A DNA stretch of 64,000 nt from Candidatus Eiseniibacteriota bacterium. Its GTDB lineage: Bacteria > Eisenbacteria > RBG-16-71-46 > CAIMUX01 > VGJL01. The notes beneath the pieces are model-generated. The model was not told the origin of the DNA. It did no database searches and saw only the letters and a list, made by a program, of their open reading frames with translations. The translations under genes were made by a program, and so were the position numbers. Shown piece by piece: positions 8,734 to 17,446 of the stretch; position 1 is the first letter of the stretch, and each line of letters begins with the position of its first letter. The DNA is taken from the NCBI GenBank assembly GCA_963792585.1, contig CAWBWI010000001.1, forward strand, positions 320,001-384,000, in the 5' to 3' direction.

Positions 8734-10474
8734 TCCCGCCCGAACGCTCGCGCGCCCGCTCCTCGTTCGTCCCCTTGTGATCTCCCTGTTGCCGTTGGCG
8801 GCTTTCCTCATCGCTCTCGCGGGTCCGATCCGCGCCCGTCTCGATCGGGAGGAAGGGAAGGACTGCGCGCGGCACGCGGAACTCCTCGCGGGGATGCTGA
8901 CCGGGATGAACCATCCGCCGATCGATCTGCCGGGAACGGGGATCGACGGCGGCCGCGATCGAATCCTGCTCCTCAATGGCGCAAAGCTGCCCGTCTACGA
9001 TTCTTCGTCCGCGCGCGTCCAGCATCGAGATGCCTGGTTCGGCCCGATTCCGGGAGAGACGTTGTGGGTTGAACAGGCGGAGATCGTGCGTGGCACGCAC
9101 GGAGAGCGACTGAGTCGCGCCGCGGTCCGCTGGGGGACGCCGCCCGGCGGGGGGGCGCTCGTCCTCATCCGCTCCCTGCGCCCGATCGACACGCGGCTGC
9201 GTCAGGCCGGACTGCTGGCCATCCTGTTATGGGCGGCCTGGGCGGCGGTGGTCGGGTGGGTGGGGCTCGCGACGCGGCGGCGACTCCTCGCGGAGCGACG
9301 CGATCTGCTTACTAGACTCGATGCGATTCCCGAGGATCCCGTTGGGATTCCGCAGAGCGGGGAGAACTCCTTGCGTCTCGATCGCTCCGTGCGGGAGGCG
9401 GCCGAGCGTGCGAGCCGCAGGATTGCGGAACTCGGCGACGAGGTGCTGGAGCGCGAGGCGGTTCTTCACGGAATGCTTGAAGGGGTCGTCGCCGTGGATA
9501 CCCAGCGGCGCGTTCTGATGATCAACCCGTCGGCGGAGCGGATGCTGCACGTGGAGACGGTCCGTGGCCGGCCGATCGCGCAGATGGTTCGCAGCGCTGC
9601 CTTCCACGACCTGGTGGAGGCGATCCTCCAGAGCAGAATGCCGGGAGAGGTCGAGTTCGAGTTCGAGGGGGGGCGACGACTGCGGGTGATCGGGGATGTC
9701 TTCCGCGGCCGGGAAGGGGAACTGCGAGGGGCGGTCCTCGTCATGGGAGACGTGACGGAGGTCCGGCGGCTCGAGAGGATCCGCCGCGATTTCGTCGCCA
9801 ACGTCTCCCACGAACTCAAGACCCCGATCACGGTGATCCAGGGTTACATGGAGACCCTGCTCGACGAGGCCGAGAACGATCCCGAACTCCGGACGCAATT
9901 CATGCGCACCGTCGCCAAGAACGCCGGCCGGATGCACCGGATCATCGAGGACCTTCTCGCGCTCGCGCGTGTGGAGTCGACGGGAGCGGAGATCGAGCGC
10001 GCAGACTTCGACATCCGCGATCTGGTGGAGCGATGCGCTCGTGATTTCGTCGGGGAAGCGGCGAGCCGGGGAATCCGAATCGAATCGAGTCTGTCCGTGG
10101 AGCCGGCGACCCTGTTCGCGAACGAGGCGCTCCTCGAACGCGCTCTGGGGAATCTGATCGACAACGCGATCAAGTACGCCCGGCGGGACTCGGTTGTGTC
10201 TGTTCGTGTCCGCGAAGAATCCGGGGTCGTGCTCTTCGAGGTGCAGGACGAGGGTCCCGGGATCGATCCGGGCCACCAGTCGCGGCTCTTCGAGCGCTTC
10301 TACCGGGTCGACAGGGGGCGCTCTCGGGAACTGGGCGGGACCGGATTGGGTTTGGCGATCGTCAAACACATCGCCATCGCCCACGGCGGCGAGGCCGGAG
10401 TCGAGAGCAGGCTCGGGGAAGGCTCGACCTTCCAGATCCGGATTCCGCGCCGGTCCCACGAGGAGATGGCTTGA
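8726..10474 (+). CDS. PhoR-like membrane sensor histidine kinase (2 TM, PAS, HisKA, HATPase)
   Basis: RRDFVANVSHELKTP, NLIDNAIKY, FERFYRVD, GGTGLGLAIVKHI. Confidence 0.92.
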   Translation: MPDPARTLARPLLVRPLVISLLPLAAFLIALAGPIRARLDREEGKDCARHAELLAGMLTGMNHPPIDLPGTGIDGGRDRILLLNGAKLPVYDSSSARVQHRDAWFGPIPGETLWVEQAEIVRGTHGERLSRAAVRWGTPPGGGALVLIRSLRPIDTRLRQAGLLAILLWAAWAAVVGWVGLATRRRLLAERRDLLTRLDAIPEDPVGIPQSGENSLRLDRSVREAAERASRRIAELGDEVLEREAVLHGMLEGVVAVDTQRRVLMINPSAERMLHVETVRGRPIAQMVRSAAFHDLVEAILQSRMPGEVEFEFEGGRRLRVIGDVFRGREGELRGAVLVMGDVTEVRRLERIRRDFVANVSHELKTPITVIQGYMETLLDEAENDPELRTQFMRTVAKNAGRMHRIIEDLLALARVESTGAEIERADFDIRDLVERCARDFVGEAASRGIRIESSLSVEPATLFANEALLERALGNLIDNAIKYARRDSVVSVRVREESGVVLFEVQDEGPGIDPGHQSRLFERFYRVDRGRSRELGGTGLGLAIVKHIAIAHGGEAGVESRLGEGSTFQIRIPRRSHEEMA

Positions 10475-10565
10475 CCCGCGGAGCGGAGGTGGGGATCTTC
10501 TACTCGCGGGGCGAGTCCGGGGAGGGTTCGCCGCGACGGGAGTATGTCGCGCGGAGGAGGAAACG

Positions 10566-11321
10566 ATGACGAAGACCCTGGGGAAGATTTCCGTGCTGGT
10601 TCTGGCCCTTGCGGCCGCGACCGGCGTGGCGAGGTCGGACACGACCATCGTGACCAAGACGAACGATGCAACGCAGACCATTCAGTTCAGCGCCCACAAG
10701 CTCCACATCGGCGCCCCCGAAGGGGGGATGATCTTTCGCGGCGACACGAAGCTGCTCTGGATCATCGACCCCGATGAGAAGTCGTACACGGAAATGACCG
10801 ACGCGGACATGAAGGAGCTGGCGGCGACCATCCAGCACGCGATGGCGCAGATGAAGAATCTGCCGCCAGCCGTCGCCGAGAAGATCAAGGGCGCCCTTCC
10901 CGGCGCGGAAGTGCCGAAGCGGACCGTCAAGCCGATGGGGGTCAACAAGGAGATCAACGGCTTCCCCTGCTCCGGTTACATCGTCTCCACGGAGGGGAAG
11001 AACGTGGTCAGCGAAGTCTGGGCGACCGAGCCATCCGCGTTGAAGATCGCAACGGCCGACATGGTGGTCTTCAAGGAATTCGCCGACTTCATGGCCGCCG
11101 CGGTGCCGGGCCTCGACGCCATGGCGGACTGGGCGAAGGATCTCGAGCACCCGAAGGAGGGCCAGGTGCCGGGAATCCCCGTGCTCACGATCGTGAAGGA
11201 CGAAGCGGGGAACGAGACGCTTCGAACGGAACTGGTGAGCGCGGAGCATTCGGCGATCGCCCCGTCGGTCTTCGAGGCGCCAGCCGGCTACGAGAAGACC
11301 TCGATGAAGAAGGGGAAGTAG
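10566..11321 (+). CDS. Exported protein, DUF4412-like
   Basis: ATG 10566 after GGAGGAGG; signal peptide; KEINGFPCSGY...EVWAT and FEAPAGY motifs. Confidence 0.7.
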   Translation: MTKTLGKISVLVLALAAATGVARSDTTIVTKTNDATQTIQFSAHKLHIGAPEGGMIFRGDTKLLWIIDPDEKSYTEMTDADMKELAATIQHAMAQMKNLPPAVAEKIKGALPGAEVPKRTVKPMGVNKEINGFPCSGYIVSTEGKNVVSEVWATEPSALKIATADMVVFKEFADFMAAAVPGLDAMADWAKDLEHPKEGQVPGIPVLTIVKDEAGNETLRTELVSAEHSAIAPSVFEAPAGYEKTSMKKGK

Positions 11322-11336
11322 GCCGGGAGCGCCAAG

Positions 11337-12698
11337 CTGAACCGCAGGGCATGGGCGTTCGCCGCAGTCGGGGCGGGCGCCTTTCTTTCCGCGATCGGCA
11401 CGAGCGGGATCAGCTCGGTGCTGCCGGTCATCCGCACCTCCCTCGGCTGTGGGTTCGCCTCGATCCAGTGGGTCGTGGCCGTCTTCCTCCTGGTCGTGAG
11501 CGCCCTGCTCCTGGCCTTCGGCAGACTGGGGGACCTCAAAGGGCACGTCCCGGTCTACATCGTCGGGATGACGATATTCTCCGCATGCGCAACTCTTTGT
11601 GGACTGGTTAGTTCCGTCCATGCCCTCATCCTGTTTCGCGGGCTGCAAGCCGTCGGGGCGGCCATGCTCTTCGCGACCTCCCCCGCAATTCTCATCCGGA
11701 TCTTCCCGCCGGAGCAGCGGGGGCGCGCGCTCGGCCTGCAATCGATGCTGGTCTACCTCGGGCTGACGATCGGTCCATCGCTCGGTGGTTGGTTGACCGA
11801 GCGGTTCGGGTGGCGGGCGGTCTTCCTGATCAATGCGCCCCTCGGGCTGATCTCCCTTGCGATGAGCGTTCGGTTCCTGCCCCGACACGAACCGACCCGT
11901 CGGGGCGACCGATTCGATCCGGCGGGAACGCTTGCCTTCGCGCTGGGCCTGGTCGCCCTGATGCTCGCGCTCAACCAGGGGCCGGCCTGGGGGTGGGGCT
12001 CGGCCCGCGTCATCTCCCTCCTGGCGGCGGCAGCGGCTCTCGCCGTGGCTTTCCGTCTCATCGAACGGCGGGTCGCCAGTCCGCTCCTCGACCTGCGACT
12101 CTTCCGCAACCGGCTCTTCACCCTTGCGGGGCTGAGCGCCGTCGCGAACTACATCGCCATCTACGGCATCATATTTCTCATGCCCTTCTACCTGATCCAG
12201 GGTCGCGGAATGGGGGCGGGGCAGGCGGGCATGATTCTGACCGCGCAGCCGCTGGTGATGGCGATCGCCGCGCCGCTCTCCGGAATCCTCTCGGATCGCA
12301 TCGGCTCACGCCTGCCGGGAACGGTTGGAATGGCGGTGCTCGCCCTGGGTCTCCTTCTCCTGTCGCGGTTGGGCGCAACGGCACCGACGCATGCGATCGT
12401 GCTCGCCCTCGGCGTCGCGGGGCTCGGCACCGGGCTCTTCGTCTCCCCGAACTCGAGCGCGCTCATGGGATCGGTCCCGCGCGATCGGCAGGGGATCGCG
12501 GGGGGCGTGCTCGCAACGGCACGCAACTTCGGCATGGTTCTCGGGGTTGGCATGGCGGGCGCCGTCTACTCGACCCTCGTCACGCGCGGCGACGGCATCT
12601 TCGGGGCGGTGAGGGGGAGCTTCCTTGCGGCCGCGGCGGTTGCGCTTCTCGGCGCCGCCCTCTCCGCGGGTCGCGGAAGCCCTTCGTCCGAGGTCTAG
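11337..12698 (+). CDS. MFS transporter, DHA2/EmrB-QacA family (probable CTG start)
   Basis: About 14 hydrophobic segments; FGRLGDLKG, FRGLQAVG, GPSLGGWL, WRAVFLINAP motifs. TM1 lies upstream of the first GTG (11418). Confidence 0.85.
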   Translation: MNRRAWAFAAVGAGAFLSAIGTSGISSVLPVIRTSLGCGFASIQWVVAVFLLVVSALLLAFGRLGDLKGHVPVYIVGMTIFSACATLCGLVSSVHALILFRGLQAVGAAMLFATSPAILIRIFPPEQRGRALGLQSMLVYLGLTIGPSLGGWLTERFGWRAVFLINAPLGLISLAMSVRFLPRHEPTRRGDRFDPAGTLAFALGLVALMLALNQGPAWGWGSARVISLLAAAAALAVAFRLIERRVASPLLDLRLFRNRLFTLAGLSAVANYIAIYGIIFLMPFYLIQGRGMGAGQAGMILTAQPLVMAIAAPLSGILSDRIGSRLPGTVGMAVLALGLLLLSRLGATAPTHAIVLALGVAGLGTGLFVSPNSSALMGSVPRDRQGIAGGVLATARNFGMVLGVGMAGAVYSTLVTRGDGIFGAVRGSFLAAAAVALLGAALSAGRGSPSSEV

Positions 12699-13387
12699 GC
12701 GCGCTTCGAACGTGACGGCTTGGGCGCCCGCTTCACGGGAACCACAGGTTTGACGGCAAATGCGCAGCGCTCGGCGAGCATGCACTCGCCGCATCGCGGA
12801 CCGCGCGCCACGCAGACATTTCGGCCGTGCAGGATCATCCGGTGGCTCAGCATGGTCCAGTCCTTGCGGGGAAAGAGCGCCATGAGGTCGCGCTCGACCT
12901 TGACGGGGTCCTTCTGCTTCGTGAGGCCAAGCCGCAGCGTGACCCGCCCGACGTGGGTATCGACGACGACCCCCTCCTGCGTGTCGAAGGCATTTCCGAG
13001 GATCACGTTCGCGGTCTTGCGGCCGACGCCGGGGAGGGTGAGCAGCGCCTCCATCGATCGCGGCATTTCGCCGCCGTAGGCTTCGATCAGCCGCGCGCAG
13101 CCGCCGAGGATCGACTTCGTCTTGTTGCGGAAGAACCCTGTCGATTGGATGAGCGGCTCGAGGCCCTCCCGGCCGAGGGCGAGATAGTCCTCCGGGCGGC
13201 GGCAACGGCGGAACAACTCCGGCGTGACCAGGTTCACCCGCACGTCGGTGCACTGCGCGGAGAGAACGGTCGCAACGTAGAGCTCGAGTGGGTCCGTGAA
13301 ATCGAGGGAGCAGCGCGCATCGGGGTATGCACGGGCGAGGCGGCGCCCGATCCAGACGGCTAGCCTCTTCGTCTCGTCTTCAGCCAC
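12695..13387 (-). CDS. nth: Endonuclease III
   Basis: LSAQCTD, HhH LPGVGRKTANV, VDTHV, 4Fe-4S motif CVARGPRCGECMLAERC. Confidence 0.95.
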   Translation of the reverse strand: MAEDETKRLAVWIGRRLARAYPDARCSLDFTDPLELYVATVLSAQCTDVRVNLVTPELFRRCRRPEDYLALGREGLEPLIQSTGFFRNKTKSILGGCARLIEAYGGEMPRSMEALLTLPGVGRKTANVILGNAFDTQEGVVVDTHVGRVTLRLGLTKQKDPVKVERDLMALFPRKDWTMLSHRMILHGRNVCVARGPRCGECMLAERCAFAVKPVVPVKRAPKPSRSKRA

Positions 13388-14565
13388 GTCACGATCTCCT
13401 CCGCGCTGCGGTTGTTGAGGATGTCGGCCGGGGTGAGCCCTCCTTTGGCGGCATTGCCGATGAACTGCCGCGGATAGGCGAGCGCCGAGGGCGAATGCGC
13501 GTCCGCGTCGATCGCAACCGGCACGCCGAGCTCCCGGGCCCGCGGAATCCAGCGCCAGTCGAGGTCGAGCCGAAACGGGTTCGCGTTGAACTCGACGGCG
13601 ACGCCGTGGCGGGCGCAGGTCTCGAGCAGGAACCCCGTATCCAGGTCATAGAGGGCGGGGCCGGGCAGGAGTCGTCCCGAAGGATGGCCCCAGATCGTCG
13701 TGGACGGGTGAGCCAGTGCGCGCGCGATCCGGGCGGTCATCGTCTCCCGATCCATCTCGTAGGTGTCGTGGACCGAGACGATCACGAAGTCGAGTTCGGA
13801 GAGGACGTCGTTGGAATAGTCCAGGGAGCCGTCCGGATGGATGTCCGATTCGATCCCGTGCAGGATGCGGACCGAAGGATGCTTCTCCTGCAGCGTGCGG
13901 ATCGACGCGCGTTGCGCGCGCAGCCGCGGGGGCTTCAAGCCTCGGGCGTATTCAGCCCGCTGCGAATGATCGGAGATTCCGATCCATCGATAGCCAAGAC
14001 GCTGCGCCTCCACGACGACTTCCTCCAGGGTTCCGCGCCCGTCGCTCTCGGTCGTGTGGACGTGGAAGATCCCGTGGACCGACTCCGGTCCGGCCAGCGT
14101 CGCCGGGCGTCCGGCGTCCGGCTCCGCCGTCTCTCGAAGAAGCGGATGGACCGGCTCGAGATCCAAGCTGATGTAGATCCGATCCTCCGTGAGGGGGAGG
14201 GCCGTCCCATCGCGGCGGAAACCGGTCGCGTCGAAGGTGAATCCACGCTCCCGCGCCCGGGCCCGCAGCCACTCGCGATGCGCATCGGCGCAGCTTTCCC
14301 AGAGCCAGCATGCCTCGAAGTCCTCGAGGGGGCGGCGTAGAATCCGGATCGGAATCCCCGAGCGGGCGCGGATCGTCTCTTCACGCGGCGCATTCTCCGA
14401 CGTGGTCGACACGATCATGACGACCTCGCGGACCGTCTCCATCTGGCGGCGCAACTCGCCGGCAACCTCGACGCGCCCGGTGCCGGGGCCCAGGTAGGAG
14501 AATGCTTCCTCGGCGGCGGCCCACGCTTCGGGAAGAAGGGCGGCATCGAGCGAATGCGACGTCAT
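13360..14565 (-). CDS. Truncated, degenerate PolX fused to a PHP domain
   Basis: VEVAGELRRQMETV (PolX palm-like). PHP motifs FHVHTTESDG, ISDHS, GIESDI, SVH, GHPSGR and DADAH. Confidence 0.8.
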   Translation of the reverse strand: MTSHSLDAALLPEAWAAAEEAFSYLGPGTGRVEVAGELRRQMETVREVVMIVSTTSENAPREETIRARSGIPIRILRRPLEDFEACWLWESCADAHREWLRARARERGFTFDATGFRRDGTALPLTEDRIYISLDLEPVHPLLRETAEPDAGRPATLAGPESVHGIFHVHTTESDGRGTLEEVVVEAQRLGYRWIGISDHSQRAEYARGLKPPRLRAQRASIRTLQEKHPSVRILHGIESDIHPDGSLDYSNDVLSELDFVIVSVHDTYEMDRETMTARIARALAHPSTTIWGHPSGRLLPGPALYDLDTGFLLETCARHGVAVEFNANPFRLDLDWRWIPRARELGVPVAIDADAHSPSALAYPRQFIGNAAKGGLTPADILNNRSAEEIVTWLKTRRRG

Positions 14566-14572
14566 CCGTTTC

Positions 14573-15241
14573 TCAGCGAGCGAGCCGGATCACTTCGGCG
14601 ACGAGCTTGGCGATCCCTCCGGCCGCCTCGTCGATGGAGCCGGCGAGCATGTAGGCGGGGGTGGTGACGATCTTGTTCGCCTCGTCCACAACGATGCCGT
14701 CGACCGCGCAGTCGACGTGCTCCGCCCCCATCTTCTCCACCTGTTCGGCCGTTCCGTGGTCCGTTCCGATCGTCACCCGCGCGCGGATCCCCTTCTTCGC
14801 AAGAACGCGCGCGACGAGCGGGGGGGCGATACACATCGCCCCGATCGGCTTGCCGGCCGCGTGCATCTCGAGCAGGAGGCGCTCGAGTTCGGGCTGGATC
14901 GCGCAGGCCTCGCCCGCGGAGGCGAAGTCGCTCAAGTTCGTCGCGGCGCCGTAACCGCCCGGGAGGATCACCGCGTCGATGTCGGAAGCATGCAGGTCGC
15001 GGATATCGCTGATCTTGCCCCGCGCGATCCGGGCCGACTCGGTCAGCATGTTGCGCGTCTCCGCGGTGGGGGACCCCCTGCGGTGATCCACGACCCCAAC
15101 CTGCGGCGCATCGGGGGCGGCGCAGACTGCGTCGGCTCCTCCCCGCGCGAGTTCCAGAAGGGTGATCGTCGCCTCGTGGATCTCGCTGCCGTCCTTGACG
15201 CCGCACCCGGACAGGATCACGCCGACTCTCCGCCTGGCCAT
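14573..15241 (-). CDS. elbB: ElbB/ES1-family DJ-1/PfpI glyoxalase
   Basis: VILSGCGVKDGSEIHEA, ESARIARG, PGGYGAA, CIAP, IVTTPAYM. Confidence 0.92.
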   Translation of the reverse strand: MARRRVGVILSGCGVKDGSEIHEATITLLELARGGADAVCAAPDAPQVGVVDHRRGSPTAETRNMLTESARIARGKISDIRDLHASDIDAVILPGGYGAATNLSDFASAGEACAIQPELERLLLEMHAAGKPIGAMCIAPPLVARVLAKKGIRARVTIGTDHGTAEQVEKMGAEHVDCAVDGIVVDEANKIVTTPAYMLAGSIDEAAGGIAKLVAEVIRLAR

Positions 15242-15419
15242 CGTCGTCCTCCCTGCGGCGCGCATCCGCCGCAGGGACAGACTATCGCATCGGACCCGGT
15301 CGCGCCATCCGGAGGCCGGCGCGACGCCGCCGGCCGGAGTCCCCCGGTCGAACTCCGCCGGCATTCCCGCCCCGTCGGCGTGCCGCGATCGATTCCGCGC
15401 GCCCTCAGGCGGGCGTCCC

Positions 15420-15449
15420 TTGACACTCCGATCCCCGGGGTCCTAGCCT
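15420..15449 (+). promoter_or_regulatory. Sigma70-type promoter of dxs, probably producing a leaderless mRNA
   Basis: TTGACA-N18-TAGCCT followed by 7 nt and then the ATG; no SD. Confidence 0.65.
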
Positions 15450-15456
15450 GCTGCAA

Positions 15457-17391
15457 ATGTCCCAGCCCAACGCTCCCAACCTGCTATCCGGGATCGACAG
15501 CCCAGCCGATCTCAAACGCCTCAGCGTCGACGAGCTGATCGCCCTCTCGGGGGAGTTGCGCACCTTCGTCTGGGACACCATCACGCAAGTCGGCGGCCAT
15601 CTCTCGGCGAGCCTCGGCGTGGTCGAGTTGACGGTGGCGTTGCATTACCTATACGACGCCCCCCGGGACCGGATCGTCTGGGACGTCGGCCATCAGTCCT
15701 ACATCCACAAGGTCCTCACCGGTAGGCGCGACCTGCTCCCGACCATCCGTCAAATGGGAGGAATCAGCGGCTTCTGCAAGCGGAGCGAGTCGCCCTACGA
15801 CGCCTTCGGCGCCGGGCACGCGAGTACCGCCATCTCGGCCGCGCTGGGGATGGCGACCGCCCGTGACCTTGGAGGGGAGGACTATCACGTCGTGGCCGTG
15901 GTCGGAGATGGGGGGATGACCGGTGGCCTTGCCTATGAGGGGCTCAACAACGCGGGGGCTGCGGGACGACGGCTGGTCGTCATCCTGAACGACAACAAGA
16001 TGTCGATCTCTCCCAATGTCGGCGCCATATCGCGTTACCTGACGAAGATCATCTCGAGCCCGCACTTCAACCGGACGAAGGCGGACGTCTGGCGCCTCTC
16101 CGAGCACTTCCCGAAGACGAACGTGTTCCGGAACATGGTGCGCCGGATCGAGGAAAGCTTGAAGGGACTGCTCGTGCCGGGCCTCCTCTTCGAGGACCTC
16201 GGCTTCCGATATCTCGGCCCGATCGACGGCCACAACCTCCGCGAGCTGATCCCGGTCCTCGAGCGGGTGAAGGCGATGGAGGGCCCGATCCTCCTGCACG
16301 TGCTCACCACCAAGGGCAAGGGCGTCGCGCTCGCCGAGCACGATCCGCTGAAGTACCACGGAGTGAAGGGGTTCGTGCGCGGCAACGGCAAGATCGAGCC
16401 GCCTGCGCCGAAGCCGACCTACACGGACGTCTTCGGGCATCTGATCCCGCGGCTCGTGGCGGAGGACGGCCGCATCGTCGCCGTCACCGCAGCGATGTCG
16501 GAGGGAACGGGACTCGTCCGGATGGCGGAGCTCCAGCCGTCGCATCTCTTCGACGTCGGAATCGCCGAGGCGCACGCGATCACTTTCTGCGCGGGGCTGG
16601 CCACGGCGGGCCGCCGGCCGGTCGCCGCCATCTACTCGACGTTCCTCCAGCGGGCGTACGACCAGATCGTGCACGACGTCGCGCTGCAGCACCTCCCTGT
16701 CGTCTTCTGCATCGATCGGGCGGGGCTGGTGGGCGAGGACGGTCCGACGCACCACGGGTGTTTCGATCTCTCGTATCTCTCCTGCATTCCCGAGATGACC
16801 ATCGCCGCGCCGAAAGATGCGCGCGAGATGTGCGACCTGATCCACACCGCCCTTGCGCAGCAGGACGGGCCGTTTGCGATCCGCTACCCGCGCGACACGA
16901 TTCCGGACGGGATCACCCTCGATGAAATCGAGACGATGCCCCTGCGCCCGATCCCGATCGGGTCGTGGGAACGGCTCCGACCGGGATCCGACACGATCCT
17001 CCTTGCCGTCGGCTCGATGGTTCCCGTTGCGATGCAGTGCGCCGAGCGTCTCGAGCGTCCGGGCGACTCCGTCGGCGTCGTGAACTGCCGATTCGTGAAA
17101 CCGCTCGACGAGGGGATGCTGCGGGCCATCCTGGACGGAGCCGCCCGCGTGGTGACCCTCGAGGAAGGTTCCGTTTGGGGCGGCTTCGGTTCCCACGTCG
17201 CGCGCCGGTGCGAGGAGTGGGGCTCGCGCGCACGGGTCCTCTCGATCGGCCTGCCGGATGCGTTCGTGGAGCACGGGAAGAGAGCCGTCCTGCTCGATCG
17301 GGCGGGCCTCTCCGCCGACCGCGTCCGCTCGCGGATCCTGGAGTGGATCTCGTCCCCGCACGCGGTCCCCGCCTCTCCCTCCACCCCCTGA
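15457..17391 (+). CDS. dxs: 1-deoxy-D-xylulose-5-phosphate synthase
   Basis: GGHLSASLGVVELT, WDVGHQ, GDGGMTGG...LNDN, DVGIAE, YSTFLQRAYDQ, DRAGLVGEDGPTH. Confidence 0.97.
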   Translation: MSQPNAPNLLSGIDSPADLKRLSVDELIALSGELRTFVWDTITQVGGHLSASLGVVELTVALHYLYDAPRDRIVWDVGHQSYIHKVLTGRRDLLPTIRQMGGISGFCKRSESPYDAFGAGHASTAISAALGMATARDLGGEDYHVVAVVGDGGMTGGLAYEGLNNAGAAGRRLVVILNDNKMSISPNVGAISRYLTKIISSPHFNRTKADVWRLSEHFPKTNVFRNMVRRIEESLKGLLVPGLLFEDLGFRYLGPIDGHNLRELIPVLERVKAMEGPILLHVLTTKGKGVALAEHDPLKYHGVKGFVRGNGKIEPPAPKPTYTDVFGHLIPRLVAEDGRIVAVTAAMSEGTGLVRMAELQPSHLFDVGIAEAHAITFCAGLATAGRRPVAAIYSTFLQRAYDQIVHDVALQHLPVVFCIDRAGLVGEDGPTHHGCFDLSYLSCIPEMTIAAPKDAREMCDLIHTALAQQDGPFAIRYPRDTIPDGITLDEIETMPLRPIPIGSWERLRPGSDTILLAVGSMVPVAMQCAERLERPGDSVGVVNCRFVKPLDEGMLRAILDGAARVVTLEEGSVWGGFGSHVARRCEEWGSRARVLSIGLPDAFVEHGKRAVLLDRAGLSADRVRSRILEWISSPHAVPASPSTP

Positions 17392-17446
17392 CCGCGCCTC
17401 AAGAACCAACCCACATGGGCCGATAACCCCATAGGGGGATCACGAG

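Noticed and set aside
8044..10474. Assigning phoB/phoR gene symbols
   Set aside because: The similarity is clear, but no pst/phoU genes or Pho box were seen, so the signal sensed cannot be fixed.
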